This document shows positions 47,607-58,391 of a DNA stretch of 64,000 nucleotides, in pieces. The notes below the pieces were generated by a model that did not search any database, was not told the origin of the DNA, and saw only the letters and a list, made by a program, of their open reading frames with translations. The first letter of the stretch is position 1. Each line of letters opens with the position of its first letter. Where the stretch lies: assembly GCA_030765185.1 (NCBI GenBank), contig JAVCDE010000024.1:315538-379537 (forward strand), given 5' to 3'. The position numbers and the translations under genes are program-made. Source of the stretch: Candidatus Aceula meridiana. GTDB lineage: Bacteria; Omnitrophota; Gorgyraeia; Zapsychrales; Aceulaceae.

Positions 47607-48064
47607 TCTTTAATCTCCTTTAAAATCTCTCGAGAGCGTTTGTCTTTGGCTGATAGCGTGAATATTCTTTCGTGGTCGCTAACATGTTTGGCTTTAATCC
47701 CTAAGAAATCCTTAGGTAAGAAATCCCCAAGTTTATCCGCCCATTCAATAACCGAAATTCCGTTATCATAAAGAAACTCCTCTAATCCAAATGTTTCAAG
47801 TTCGCCGGGCCTTTCAATGCGATAAAAATCAAAATGATAAAGCGGACATTTTCCTTCATAGATATTCATCAAAGTAAACGTTGGGCTGCTCACCTTATTG
47901 CTTGAAATGTTAAGACCTGCTGCGATGCCTTTAGTGAGGCTTGTTTTTCCCGAACCAAGCTCGCCAAAAAGACAGACAATGTCGCCGGGCTTTAAATATT
48001 TCGCTAAGCGAGTGCCAAGCGCAATGGTTTCCTTGTAGTGTTTGGAAAGAATTTTCTTATGCAT
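47603..48064 (-). CDS. tsaE: t6A biosynthesis ATPase TsaE
   Basis: [23 protein letters not shown]. Confidence 0.95.
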   Translation of the reverse strand: MHKKILSKHYKETIALGTRLAKYLKPGDIVCLFGELGSGKTSLTKGIAAGLNISSNKVSSPTFTLMNIYEGKCPLYHFDFYRIERPGELETFGLEEFLYDNGISVIEWADKLGDFLPKDFLGIKAKHVSDHERIFTLSAKDKRSREILKEIKD

Positions 48065-48075
48065 AGCTAATATTT

Positions 48076-48158
48076 AGCAAACATTGAGTTCTTGAAGCGA
48101 GTTGAGCTTAGGCTCCATAAAAAACCATCCTCTAAGCCGAAAGGGCTCAATGTTTGCT
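48076..48158. repeat. Intergenic long hairpin (MITE/REP-like)
   Basis: agcaaacattgag / ctcaatgtttgct perfect 13-bp terminal inverted repeat; inner gcttag / ctaagc. Confidence 0.5.
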
Positions 48159-48165
48159 CATTTTC

Positions 48166-49068
48166 TCAAAGATGCTGATAACCTTTAACTTTTGTTCTTT
48201 TTATTTTTCCGGCTTCACATTTAAACCAAACACCCTTTTGAGTCGTGACTTCGCCAACGCAAAAACACTTTAGCTTCTTTTGTCGGAAAAGCTTTTTAGC
48301 CTTTTGAGGCGATACGGTAAAAATAAGTTCAAAATCTTCGCCATCATAAAGCGCTTGGGCCAAAGTTACTCGTGGATTGCGAGGAATGCTTGCCTCATCA
48401 AGAATTGCGCCAAGCTTGCTTTGTTCTAAAATATGATTTAAATCGGCTACAAGCCCATCAGAGACATCAATCATAGCAGTTGGCTTAAAAGACTTAACCA
48501 AAATTTGAGCCTCTTTTGTCCTCGGTGTAAACTTAAGATGCTTTCCTGTTTTCAAAGAGCGGCCCAGCGATCCTGTCACAAAAATCTTATCTTTCGCTTT
48601 CGCACCACAGCGCAAAACCAAATTCTTTTTTTCAACCTCGCCTGTGAGCGTAATATTAATTACAAGTTTTTCTGATGATACCGTGTCTCCGCCAACTACG
48701 CTTACACCAAACTTTTTTGCTAAGCCGTTAATGCCTCGATAAATATCCTTAATAGCGTGCAGACAAGTATTTTTAGAAACCCCTAAAGATACAACAGCAA
48801 ATTTTGGCACTCCCCCCATAGCGGCGATGTCGCTGATATTAACAGCTAAAGCCTTTTGACCAATAAGTTTATAGTTATCTTTTTTTGTAAAATGCACATT
48901 TTCGATGAGCATATCTGTTGTCAGAAGAAAGTGCTTCTTTCTATTTAAAGGCAGCACCGCAGTATCATCACCGATGCCCTTGATAACTTCTTTTCCAACA
49001 GGTACGCTTTTTTTGATGACATCAATAAGGCCAAACTCTCTCAAACCTATCAGAGATCTTTTTTTCAT
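48166..49068 (-). CDS. thiL: Thiamine-monophosphate kinase
   Basis: GIGDDTA, NISDIAAMG, GGDT, IDVSDGL, GEDFEL. Confidence 0.95.
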   Translation of the reverse strand: MKKRSLIGLREFGLIDVIKKSVPVGKEVIKGIGDDTAVLPLNRKKHFLLTTDMLIENVHFTKKDNYKLIGQKALAVNISDIAAMGGVPKFAVVSLGVSKNTCLHAIKDIYRGINGLAKKFGVSVVGGDTVSSEKLVINITLTGEVEKKNLVLRCGAKAKDKIFVTGSLGRSLKTGKHLKFTPRTKEAQILVKSFKPTAMIDVSDGLVADLNHILEQSKLGAILDEASIPRNPRVTLAQALYDGEDFELIFTVSPQKAKKLFRQKKLKCFCVGEVTTQKGVWFKCEAGKIKRTKVKGYQHL

Positions 49069-50102
49069 TTAAACAATCTCTTAATCTTTTTGGCATTAGG
49101 CGCGCGTACAACGCCGCACTCGGTGACAATTCCGGTAATCAAATTACGCGGGGTTACATCAAATGCCGGATTATAAACTTTAATATTTTTAGGTGCGGTG
49201 CGTTTTCCGGCTATAGTTGTAACTTCATTAGGGTCTCTCCGCTCTATTGGGATACTTTTGCCAGTTTTTATTTTAGTATCAAAAGTTGACAATGGGGCTA
49301 CCACATAAAACGGAACTTTATGATGCTTAGCCAAAACCGCTAAATTATATGTTCCAATTTTATTAGCGCTATCGCCGTTTAAGGCAATACGGTCAGCGCC
49401 TGTAAAAATCATATCAACTTTCTTCTGCTGCATCAGAGTTGCTGCCATGTTATCACAAATCAGCGTGACATCAATTTTCTGTTTTTGAAGCTCCCAGGCG
49501 GTGAGTCTTGCGCCTTGTAAGAGCGGACGCGTTTCGCAGGCGAACACTTTAAATCTTTTTTTCTTTTGTTTTGCTGAATAAAAGACACCTAAAGCTGTTC
49601 CGTAGTCAACAGTAGCCAGTGCCCCGGCGTTACAAATTGTCATCAATGTTTGTCCGTCTTTAACAAGCTTGGCACCGTTTGCGCCCATTTGCCGGCAAAC
49701 TTTCTTGTCATGGTTAAAAATTCCCATGGCTTTGACTTTAAACTTCTTCTTTAAGGCATCGACGCTTGCGCTGGGATTTTTAAGAGCAACGTCTTCCATA
49801 TCGGAAAGAGCGTTGAATAAATTAACTGCCGTAGGCCTCGAGGAGCCAATATAATTACAAATTTTCTTCAGTTCCTTATCGAAAACTTTCCTATTCTGCG
49901 TTTTAATTCTTTTGATTCCTAAAAGCACGCCAAAGGCCGCTGCAGCTCCTAGGGCCGGTGCGCCGCGCACAGCCAGCGTCTTAATAGCGGACCAAAGTGC
50001 TTTGGTATCTTTACAGGTTAGAAATTTTAATTGGTTAGGAAGTTTTCTTTGGTCAATGATGCGAACTGCACCGCTAACCCATTGGATAGTCGGAATTGAC
50101 AT
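49065..50102 (-). CDS. mtnA: Methylthioribose-1-phosphate isomerase
   Basis: VRGAPA, SRPTAVNL, CNAGALAT, ETRP, NKIGT, NPAFDVTP. Confidence 0.95.
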   Translation of the reverse strand: MSIPTIQWVSGAVRIIDQRKLPNQLKFLTCKDTKALWSAIKTLAVRGAPALGAAAAFGVLLGIKRIKTQNRKVFDKELKKICNYIGSSRPTAVNLFNALSDMEDVALKNPSASVDALKKKFKVKAMGIFNHDKKVCRQMGANGAKLVKDGQTLMTICNAGALATVDYGTALGVFYSAKQKKKRFKVFACETRPLLQGARLTAWELQKQKIDVTLICDNMAATLMQQKKVDMIFTGADRIALNGDSANKIGTYNLAVLAKHHKVPFYVVAPLSTFDTKIKTGKSIPIERRDPNEVTTIAGKRTAPKNIKVYNPAFDVTPRNLITGIVTECGVVRAPNAKKIKRLFK

Positions 50103-50103
50103 C

Positions 50104-51609
50104 TTAAGCGTCCTTATTCATTTCGATTCTTGGAAACAGAGCTTCATGGGTTTCAAGCTTTGTCCCGCTTTTAAGCCCACCCCATTTTGCTGTTGTTGAA
50201 ACAGCTCCTAAAATTTTTAACGCTTCTTCTGTTTTAGACGGCATTACCGGACTCAAATGCACAGCACTTGCGCGCATGGTTTCGGTAGCCACATAAAGAA
50301 TAGTGCCAGCACGCGCAAGGTCCTCTTTTGCAACTTTCCAAGGAGCCTGCCTCTCTAAATAAGTATTCACATGACGCACAACTTTCATAACAACTTCAAT
50401 GGCATCGTGAACACGCATCTTCTCAATTTGCTCTTTTATTTCACTGCTAAGGGCATTGACCTGCGCTTGAATATCTTTATCTTCTACGGTTAGCTTTTGA
50501 GGCTCAGGAATCTTTCCATCAAAATATTTTCCGATTAGTCCGCTGACACGATTCAGGAGATTGCCGAAATCATTGGCCAAATCGCTGTTGTATCGTTTGA
50601 TAAAAGATTCCAATGAAAAATTAGCATCAGCACCTAAAACCATTTCGCGCATGAGATAATACCGCACGCTGTCTACGCCATATTGATCGACCAAATCAAG
50701 CGGGTTGACCACATTACCTAAAGATTTGCTCATCTTTGTTTCACTAATAAGCCACCAGCCATGCGCGAATATTTTCTTAGGAAGTGGTAGCCCCAATGAA
50801 AAAAGCATTGTCGGCCAATAAACGCAATGCGTGGTTAAAATATCTTTAGCCATCAAGTGCACAGACAAAGTCCACCAGGTATCAAATTTCTTTTGATCGC
50901 TATTAAATCCAATGCCGGTAATATAATTTAAAAGCGCATCAAACCAAACATAGGTCACATAATCACTATCAAACGGTAGTTCGATTCCCCAGCTCATGCG
51001 TTCTTTAGGACGAGAAATGCATAAATCATTTAAGGGTTTCTTTAAAAATCCTAAAACTTCATTTTTTCGGTGTTCCGGCTGAATAAAATCGGGGTGTTCA
51101 TTGATGTGGTCAACAAGCTTTTGCTGATATTTGCTCATCTTAAAGAACCAATTGCGTTCTTTAAGGCATTTCACATCACGAAATTCGCCAGACTCTTTTT
51201 CGGTCTCAGTAATAAAACGTTCTTCAGCTACCGAGTACCATCCTTCGTACTCATCAGCATAAATATCTCCTGAATCATAAACTTTTTGCAAGACAGCCTT
51301 CACAACTTTGATATGACGGTCTTGTGTGGTGCGAATAAAATCATCATTTTGAATCTCAAGTTTTTTCCACAATTCCGTAAAGCGTGGTGCCAAGTCATCA
51401 CAATGATCTTGCTCGCTCATAGACCTTTTTTGAGCAGCCTGCTGAACTTTTTGCCCATGCTCATCTAAACCTGTTAAGAAAAAAACCTGGTCCCCTTCTG
51501 CCTTATGATAACGCGCAAGCACATCGGCTAAAATCGTAGTATAAGCATGGCCGATATGCGGCTTATCATTAACATAATAAATAGGAGTTGTGATATAAAT
51601 TTTACTCAT
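50104..51609 (-). CDS. metG: Methionine-tRNA ligase (short, monomeric type)
   Basis: HIGH, GLDEHG, YVWFDAL, KMSKS. Confidence 0.96.
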   Translation of the reverse strand: MSKIYITTPIYYVNDKPHIGHAYTTILADVLARYHKAEGDQVFFLTGLDEHGQKVQQAAQKRSMSEQDHCDDLAPRFTELWKKLEIQNDDFIRTTQDRHIKVVKAVLQKVYDSGDIYADEYEGWYSVAEERFITETEKESGEFRDVKCLKERNWFFKMSKYQQKLVDHINEHPDFIQPEHRKNEVLGFLKKPLNDLCISRPKERMSWGIELPFDSDYVTYVWFDALLNYITGIGFNSDQKKFDTWWTLSVHLMAKDILTTHCVYWPTMLFSLGLPLPKKIFAHGWWLISETKMSKSLGNVVNPLDLVDQYGVDSVRYYLMREMVLGADANFSLESFIKRYNSDLANDFGNLLNRVSGLIGKYFDGKIPEPQKLTVEDKDIQAQVNALSSEIKEQIEKMRVHDAIEVVMKVVRHVNTYLERQAPWKVAKEDLARAGTILYVATETMRASAVHLSPVMPSKTEEALKILGAVSTTAKWGGLKSGTKLETHEALFPRIEMNKDA

Positions 51610-52405
51610 TTTCCTCTTCAGGTTTTCCTATTTTAACTTTTACAATCTTACCTTCTCCTAAATCCACTTTAACGGTTTGCGTTAAAAAGTTAGAATCAAT
51701 CACCTTGCCACGACCATCTGGCGTATTCATCTTTGATCCCTTCCGGGGCATGGTCTTGGCATATTGTTTATAGAGGGGAAATTCATACGCCATACAACAT
51801 TTAATGCGACCGCAAACACCGGAAATTCTCGACGGATTAATAGGTAAATTTTGCTCTTTGGCCATCTTAATTGTCAGTGGGTGAAATTCCTTCATATAAG
51901 ACGAGCAGCAAAAATTCCGTCCGCAAGAGCCAATGCCGCCGACAGTCTTTGCTTGATCACGCACACCGATCTGCTTTAGTTCAATGCGAGCCCGAAAAAT
52001 ACCAGCAAGCTCTTTGACCAAATTTCGAAAATCCACGCGTTCATCCGCAATAAAGAAAAAGACAACCTTGTTATTATCAAAGCTATACTCACAATGAACG
52101 ACCTTCATTTCTAATTTTTGTTCTTCAACTTTCTTGACGCAGGTTTCCATGGCCTCTTTGGATTTTTCTCTATTTTTCTCAATGCGGCCAAGGTCCTCTT
52201 CGCTAGCAAGCCTCAATACTTTTCCGGGAAGATTTTCAATCTTTCCTTCTGGCAAAGTATCAGCCTCAGATATTACTTTTCCAAATTCTGTACCTCGGTC
52301 AATATTCAAAACAACATAATCACCGCGCTTGCATTCCATATCTCTAATATTATAAAGGGAGACACCGCGATACTCGCCGAGCTGCACCTGAACTACTTTT
52401 TCCAT
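51602..52405 (-). CDS. ricT: PSP1/YaaT (RicT) family protein
   Basis: RVDFRNLV, QIGVRD, GSCGR.FCC, SGVCGRIKCC. Confidence 0.88.
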   Translation of the reverse strand: MEKVVQVQLGEYRGVSLYNIRDMECKRGDYVVLNIDRGTEFGKVISEADTLPEGKIENLPGKVLRLASEEDLGRIEKNREKSKEAMETCVKKVEEQKLEMKVVHCEYSFDNNKVVFFFIADERVDFRNLVKELAGIFRARIELKQIGVRDQAKTVGGIGSCGRNFCCSSYMKEFHPLTIKMAKEQNLPINPSRISGVCGRIKCCMAYEFPLYKQYAKTMPRKGSKMNTPDGRGKVIDSNFLTQTVKVDLGEGKIVKVKIGKPEEENE

Positions 52406-53358
52406 GCTTTCTCCTTAATCAAAGTTAAAGGGATTTTAACGTTAAAATTATCCTGTACAGCGCGTGTCGCCGTTGTAATATCCGTTAAAATCTTCTCAAC
52501 ATCGTCAAATGAATACTTTTCTTTAATCGCTCCTAAATCTTCACTTCGATCAAAATGAATAAGTTTTTCTTTAGGAACATCTAATTTTATTAATGCTAAA
52601 TCTTTAAACCAGCAAAAAAGAAACCACAAAGCCTCTTTGGCTTCAGCCTTATCTCTGACGATTTCTTTGATATATTCCTCCGCATCCGGAGCAAAAACAA
52701 ATTCGTCAATGACACGATTCTTACGAATAAAAATATCTTTAAAGTCTTGCTCCGAAATCTTTCCCAAACATCCTTCAGAAGAATACGCTAAGAAGTGTGA
52801 AATTTCATCCCCCTGTTTGTGCTCTTTAATCAGGCTCTTTTTAAGCTCCTTAGGCCCAAGTGGAAAAAAACTCATCAGCTGACAACGTGATTTTACCGTC
52901 GATAAAACTCTCTCTAAAACAGACGTTGTCAAAAGAATCAAACTGTTCGATGTTGGTTCTTCCAATGTTTTCAAAAGAGCATTGCTCGCCTCAAGAGTTA
53001 AATTCTCAGAATCTTTGATAATAAAAACTTTTGTCTTAGCCTCAAAAGCACGAAGCTGAACACGGCTTAGCATCTGGCGGACATTTTGAATTTTAATCGG
53101 TTCACCATCAAAACCGAAAGCATGAACATCCGGATGCTGCCCGTTATTAATTTTTACACAAGAACTACACTCATCACACGGCATTGCATTTTTTGCTTCT
53201 TCGCAGTTGACAAGCTTAGCGACTTCAAAGGCTGTTTCACTTTTGCCGACTTTTTTAGGCCCTACAAAAAGATAGGCATGAGCTAAGCGGCCACTCTTAA
53301 AAAACAAAGAAAATCTCTCAACAATCGCTTCTGAGAATTGTACAGTGTTGACGCTCAT
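52393..53358 (-). CDS. holB: DNA polymerase III subunit delta'
   Basis: AHAYLF.GP, C..C..C..C, HPD, NALLKTLEEP, SRC; follows tmk. Confidence 0.92.
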   Translation of the reverse strand: MSVNTVQFSEAIVERFSLFFKSGRLAHAYLFVGPKKVGKSETAFEVAKLVNCEEAKNAMPCDECSSCVKINNGQHPDVHAFGFDGEPIKIQNVRQMLSRVQLRAFEAKTKVFIIKDSENLTLEASNALLKTLEEPTSNSLILLTTSVLERVLSTVKSRCQLMSFFPLGPKELKKSLIKEHKQGDEISHFLAYSSEGCLGKISEQDFKDIFIRKNRVIDEFVFAPDAEEYIKEIVRDKAEAKEALWFLFCWFKDLALIKLDVPKEKLIHFDRSEDLGAIKEKYSFDDVEKILTDITTATRAVQDNFNVKIPLTLIKEKAWKK

Positions 53359-53984
53359 ATCTTAAATAGCTTTTCAACATAGCCTCGAATACAATCTTCG
53401 ATTTTCTCGCGGCTTTGATTCGCTTTAATAACTTTAACCCGACCAGGATTCTTTTTGGCAATTGCTAAATATCCGCGACGCACCTTATTGTGATATTTCA
53501 AAGATCTTTGCTCAATGCGGTCTTTTGTTTGCAAAATACGAGAAAGGCCCTTATGTGTTGGCATGTCTAATAAAAATGTTAAATGAGGTTTAAGTTCTCG
53601 TGTGGCAAACTTTCCAATAATGTTAATAAATCCGATATCAACGCCACACCCATAACCTTGATAAGCAAGAGTTGAATCTAAAAACCTGTCGCAGACAACA
53701 ACCATGCCTTTTTGCAAAGCCGGTAAAACAATCTCATCAACCAACTGCGCGCGTGCTGCCATATACAAAAGAACCTCGCACTCTTTGGTCATGCTTTTAT
53801 TTTTTACATCTAAAAGAATGCTTCGGATACGCTCACTAATTTTAATGCCACCTGGCTCACGCAAATGCAAAACCTTTTTTTTTCTCTTCTTAAGATAGCT
53901 GCACAAAAGCTTTGCCTGTGTACTTTTACCGCACCCTTCTGAGCCTTCCAGCGTTATAAAGATCCCTTTTAGCTTCTTCGCCAT
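53355..53984 (-). CDS. tmk: Thymidylate kinase
   Basis: EGSEGCGKST, REPGG, DRF..S..AYQG. Confidence 0.96.
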   Translation of the reverse strand: MAKKLKGIFITLEGSEGCGKSTQAKLLCSYLKKRKKKVLHLREPGGIKISERIRSILLDVKNKSMTKECEVLLYMAARAQLVDEIVLPALQKGMVVVCDRFLDSTLAYQGYGCGVDIGFINIIGKFATRELKPHLTFLLDMPTHKGLSRILQTKDRIEQRSLKYHNKVRRGYLAIAKKNPGRVKVIKANQSREKIEDCIRGYVEKLFKI

Positions 53985-55345
53985 GTCTGCCCTTCTTTGC
54001 CGTCCTCAACGATAATCCCTTTTTCTTTCAAAATATCCCGAAGCTCATCAGATCGCTTAAAATCTTTATTTTTGCGTGCTTGGGCGCGCTCTTCTAAAAG
54101 CTTTTCTTCGTCAGTTGCCAATGCCTTCTCTTCAAAATCCATCGAAAGTCCCAAAACATCACGCGCAAGAGATTGAATAAGACCATTCGCCTGCGACAGC
54201 ACAACATTATCTTTTGCCTTATTAGCCAGCGTCACCATTTCAAAAAAACAAGCCAACGCCCTTGGTGTATTAAAATCATCATCCATCGCCGCCATGAACT
54301 CTTGGCGTTGCTTTTCGATCTCTGGCGGCAAATTCCTACCGTCTTTCGATGCTTCCGTATTCTTTGCCTCGGCGTTAAGAATTTTAAACCGTTCGATATT
54401 CTTGCGCATATCCGCCATCTTCTCTTCGCTAAAATCAATCGGTGAAGCATAATGAGATGAAAGAAAGAAAAATTTTAACTCATCAGCAGAATACTTCTTT
54501 AATGCATCTTCAATAGTAATAAAATTTCCTACGGACTTGGCCATTTTTTGGCCATCAATAGTCAAAAGCCCATGATGAATCCAATATTTGGCGAATGGTT
54601 TTCCTGTTAAGGCTTCAGATTGCGCGATTTCATTCTCATGGTGTGGAAAAATAAGGTCGCGTCCGCCGGCGTGAATATCCAAAGTTTCGCATTTTAAATA
54701 TTTCATACTCATCACAGAGCACTCGATATGCCAGCCCGGACGTCCCTCGCCCCAAGGACTTGTCCAGGAAGGTTCTCCTTCTTTAGATTTCTTCCAAAGG
54801 GCAAAATCAAGTGAATCTTTTTTCTTTTCACCTTTATCGATGCGCACACCTTCAAGCATCTTATCGACACTTTGCCCGGAAAGTTTCCCATAATCTTTAA
54901 AAGAACGGACAGAAAAATATACATCTCCGTCAGAGGCATAGGCATGGCCTTTTCCAATAAGCTTTTCAATATGCACAATCATATCCGGGATGCTTTCAGT
55001 GGCCTTAGGCTCAACATCAGCACGATTAACTTCCAATGCATTTAAATCTTCATAGTAGGACTTGATATTATTTTCAGAAACTTCTTTTGCGCTTAAGCCT
55101 AATTCATTAGCTTTATTAATAATTTTATCGTCGATGTCTGTAATGTTGCGGATAAAATTAACCTTAAAGCCCTGATGCTTAAGGTAGCGACGAATCACAT
55201 CAAAAATATAAAGGCTACGCGCATGGCCAATATGACAGCGGTCATACACTGTGACCCCGCAAGAATACATATTAATATTTTTGGCCTTAATCGGCTGAAG
55301 TTCTTCTTTTTTCTTTGTGATAGAATTTGTAATAACAATGCTCAC
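53969..55345 (-). CDS. cysS: Cysteine-tRNA ligase
   Basis: [32 protein letters not shown]. Confidence 0.97.
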   Translation of the reverse strand: MSIVITNSITKKKEELQPIKAKNINMYSCGVTVYDRCHIGHARSLYIFDVIRRYLKHQGFKVNFIRNITDIDDKIINKANELGLSAKEVSENNIKSYYEDLNALEVNRADVEPKATESIPDMIVHIEKLIGKGHAYASDGDVYFSVRSFKDYGKLSGQSVDKMLEGVRIDKGEKKKDSLDFALWKKSKEGEPSWTSPWGEGRPGWHIECSVMSMKYLKCETLDIHAGGRDLIFPHHENEIAQSEALTGKPFAKYWIHHGLLTIDGQKMAKSVGNFITIEDALKKYSADELKFFFLSSHYASPIDFSEEKMADMRKNIERFKILNAEAKNTEASKDGRNLPPEIEKQRQEFMAAMDDDFNTPRALACFFEMVTLANKAKDNVVLSQANGLIQSLARDVLGLSMDFEEKALATDEEKLLEERAQARKNKDFKRSDELRDILKEKGIIVEDGKEGQTWRRS

Positions 55346-55348
55346 GAA

Positions 55349-56026
55349 TTACTTCCCCTTACCCTTTTCTAGTTGTTCAATCTTCTTTCTTAACTCTTCT
55401 AATTGCTGCCAAACGGGGTCTAAAACATGGACATGATCCATGGTGTTATCAATTTTCTTGCCGTCTTGCTTAGTCACACGACCCGGAACGCCAACGACAG
55501 TAGAATTCACCGGAACATCTTTTAGAATAACTGCGTTTGAGCCAATATAAGAATTATCACCTATTTTAATATTTCCTAAAACTTTTGCTCCGGCACCAAC
55601 AACAATGTTGTTACCCAAAGTTGGATGACGCTTGCCAGTTTCTTTACCTGTTCCGCCTAAAGTTACACCCTGAAAAAGCGTAACATTTTTTCCAATGATG
55701 GTTGTTTCACCAACGACCACTCCCGTTCCATGGTCAATAAAAAGGCCCTCATTAATTGTTGCTCCAGGATGAATTTCAATCCCTGTAAAAAACCGCGCGG
55801 TCTGCGAAATAAAACGCGGCAAAAATGGTACATTCTTTTTAAAAAGAATATTTGCCAGCCGATAAGCCACAATGGCATGCAAGCCCGAGTAGAGAAAGAC
55901 AATCTGAAAATTACCCCTTGCAGCAGGATCTTTGTCTTTGGCAGATTTTATCTCATCAGAAAATTTAAACGTGACAAAAATATACCAAAGGAGAACAACG
56001 ATAATTATATTAAGTAAAAATGTCAT
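55349..56026 (-). CDS. cysE: Serine O-acetyltransferase with N-terminal hydrophobic segment
   Basis: DPAA, GIEIHPGA, FIDHG, GVTLGGTG, RHPT; SD GGGGG before ATG 56026. Confidence 0.92.
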   Translation of the reverse strand: MTFLLNIIIVVLLWYIFVTFKFSDEIKSAKDKDPAARGNFQIVFLYSGLHAIVAYRLANILFKKNVPFLPRFISQTARFFTGIEIHPGATINEGLFIDHGTGVVVGETTIIGKNVTLFQGVTLGGTGKETGKRHPTLGNNIVVGAGAKVLGNIKIGDNSYIGSNAVILKDVPVNSTVVGVPGRVTKQDGKKIDNTMDHVHVLDPVWQQLEELRKKIEQLEKGKGK

Positions 56027-56118
56027 ACAAGCCCCCGTTATTAAATGGCCTCGTTTTAGCAAGGCAAATTTACCCCAGCCTCTTCTTCTCAAGAGGCGAG
56101 GGGTTTCCTTAAATCTTA

Positions 56119-56580
56119 TTAATCTGTTAACAAAACTACGGCATAAGCCGCAATAGCCTCTGGCCCTAAGCCCTCTTGCGTCTTTGCTTTAATATTAACG
56201 AGCTCTTCGCTAACATTTAAGATTTCCGCAAGTTGTGTGCGCATCTTTGGCTTAAAAGGCTTTAGATTTGGTTCATCTGCAATCACAATGGCGTCGATAT
56301 TGCTAACACTCAAATTCTTTTCATCGGCTAAAGCTTTCACAAGCTTCAAAAGTTTTGCGCTATCAATATCTTTATATTCTTCATCAGTATCTGGAAAATG
56401 TTCACCAATATCCCCTAAGCCCGTTGCGCCTAAAAGCGCATCACAAATCGCGTGAATCACAACATCTGCGTCCGAATGCCCTTCTAATCCTTTTTTAAAA
56501 GGAATATCTAGCCCACCTAAAACAAGTTTACGTCCCTCAACAAGCTTATGAATATCATATCCGATGCCAATTTTCTGCAT
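56119..56580 (-). CDS. ispF: MEcPP synthase
   Basis: [26 protein letters not shown]. Confidence 0.96.
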   Translation of the reverse strand: MQKIGIGYDIHKLVEGRKLVLGGLDIPFKKGLEGHSDADVVIHAICDALLGATGLGDIGEHFPDTDEEYKDIDSAKLLKLVKALADEKNLSVSNIDAIVIADEPNLKPFKPKMRTQLAEILNVSEELVNIKAKTQEGLGPEAIAAYAVVLLTD

Positions 56581-56597
56581 TGCATTACTCCAATTTA

Positions 56598-57272
56598 TTA
56601 TTTTAATAACCCTTGCGCAAAAACAATATCTTCAGGTGTTGTAATTTTAATATTGCAATAGTCGCCATCAACAACTTTAACGCCAACTCCTAAGGCCTCC
56701 GCTAATGCAGCGTCATCAGTGGGCGTCTTATCCCCCAGCCTTTCATAAGCCTTGGCTAAAATTTCTTTTTCAAAAACTTGTGGCGTTTGCACTTCGCGCA
56801 AAGACTCTCGGTCTAATGTTTTTTGAACCATATTGGTTTTTAAATCAATGATTTTGATTGTCGGTTTAACCTTTACAGCTGCGATCGCAGCCTTGTTTTC
56901 CTGTGCTGCGATTATAACCTTAGAAAGCAAATCCTCCGTTATAAAAGGACGCGCCGCATCATGAATTACAACAAACTCGGTATCGTCATCGGAATTTTGC
57001 AGACCAGTTAAAACAGAATCACAACGTCTCTCGCCACCGGCTACAATCTCTTTGACTTTTTTAAAACCGTGTTTATCTACTTCCTCTTGAAAGGGCTCTT
57101 TCTCCCCTTGCGGCACCATAATAATGACGCTTTCGATTAAATTACTTTTTTCAAAAATCTCTAAGCTATAGCAAAAAAGCGGCTTACCCTTAAGAGGAAT
57201 CAAGGCTTTTGCTTGACCCGCTTTTAACCGAGTACCCAGCCCTGCAGCAGCTAATAATACTTGTATTTTCAT
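56598..57272 (-). CDS. ispD: MEP cytidylyltransferase
   Basis: AAGLGTR, HDAARP, QTPQ, TDD, KITTPED. Confidence 0.96.
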   Translation of the reverse strand: MKIQVLLAAAGLGTRLKAGQAKALIPLKGKPLFCYSLEIFEKSNLIESVIIMVPQGEKEPFQEEVDKHGFKKVKEIVAGGERRCDSVLTGLQNSDDDTEFVVIHDAARPFITEDLLSKVIIAAQENKAAIAAVKVKPTIKIIDLKTNMVQKTLDRESLREVQTPQVFEKEILAKAYERLGDKTPTDDAALAEALGVGVKVVDGDYCNIKITTPEDIVFAQGLLK

Positions 57273-57391
57273 GTGTAATCCCAATTTTTAACTTAAGGTA
57301 TTTTCCTTACGTGTCCCATAATATTTCGGCTCTTGTCACTATCCGCCTAGGGATTCTCTCCTGAGGCTATAATTTTACCAAGGGATTACCT

Positions 57392-58369
57392 CTAAGTTAA
57401 TTTTGCAAAAATCATACGTCCGGCTTGTGTCTGAAGCGCAGATGTTACCTCTACGACAACTTCTTCGCCGACTTTTGCTCTTGCCTCTGAAACAACAATC
57501 ATGGTTCCATCATCTAGATATCCGACCGCTTGATTATGCTCTGTTCCTTCTTTGATAAGCTTAGTAGTAATCCTGTCTCCCGGAAAAACGACTGGCTTAA
57601 CCGCATTAGCGAGCTCATTAACATTTAAAATCTTAATACCTTGAATAGACGCATTACGATTTAAGTTAAAGTCTGTCGTACAAATTCTTGCTTCAATGCG
57701 TTTAGCCAAATGAAGAAGCTTCTCATCTACCTCTCTAATCTCTGGCAAGTCCTCCTCATGCACCTTAATGTCAATTGCTGGATCTTTTTGCATATCACGC
57801 AAAATTTCCGAGCCGCGGCGGCCTCGTTCTCTTTTGATGCTATCTTTTGAATCTGAAAGCTGTTGTAATTCTTTAAGAATAAAACGCGGGATAACTAGCC
57901 GAGCCTGAAAGAAATCTGTTTTAACAATATCCACCACGCGTCCATCGATAATTGCGCTCGTATCCAAAATAACAACATTCTCAAAAAAGTTCTCTTTGCG
58001 AAAACGCACATAAGGAATAATTAAATTAAAATCATCTTTGCCTCGAATCGCCATGGCCACGCCTAAATAACAAAACAACATCGTCATAACAACTTGTGCA
58101 AGTGATGTAAAATAGTCATCAATTGGCAGAAGCCTCAAAATATCGGTAATAAGCTTAGCTACAACCATACCCAAAAGAAGCCCAAATACCATGCTGGAAA
58201 GACCTCTTAAAGACACGCGATACATATTTGACTCAAGCGCAATAAGAATAAAGCCAAAGCCTGCCCCTGCAAGCATGCCTATCAAGGGCTGCTGCCAGAT
58301 GTCCCCGATTTGCTGGCCAACAATAACGCTAACAAGCAAGAAAAAAACACGAACAATAAGCAATGTCAT
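57392..58369 (-). CDS. Membrane PIN/TRAM-domain protein (YacL-like)
   Basis: LDTSAIIDGR, TTDFNL, GYLDDGTMIVV, LQTQAGRMIF. Confidence 0.92.
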   Translation of the reverse strand: MTLLIVRVFFLLVSVIVGQQIGDIWQQPLIGMLAGAGFGFILIALESNMYRVSLRGLSSMVFGLLLGMVVAKLITDILRLLPIDDYFTSLAQVVMTMLFCYLGVAMAIRGKDDFNLIIPYVRFRKENFFENVVILDTSAIIDGRVVDIVKTDFFQARLVIPRFILKELQQLSDSKDSIKRERGRRGSEILRDMQKDPAIDIKVHEEDLPEIREVDEKLLHLAKRIEARICTTDFNLNRNASIQGIKILNVNELANAVKPVVFPGDRITTKLIKEGTEHNQAVGYLDDGTMIVVSEARAKVGEEVVVEVTSALQTQAGRMIFAKLT

Positions 58370-58391
58370 AATAACTCCTTTTTAAAAACGG

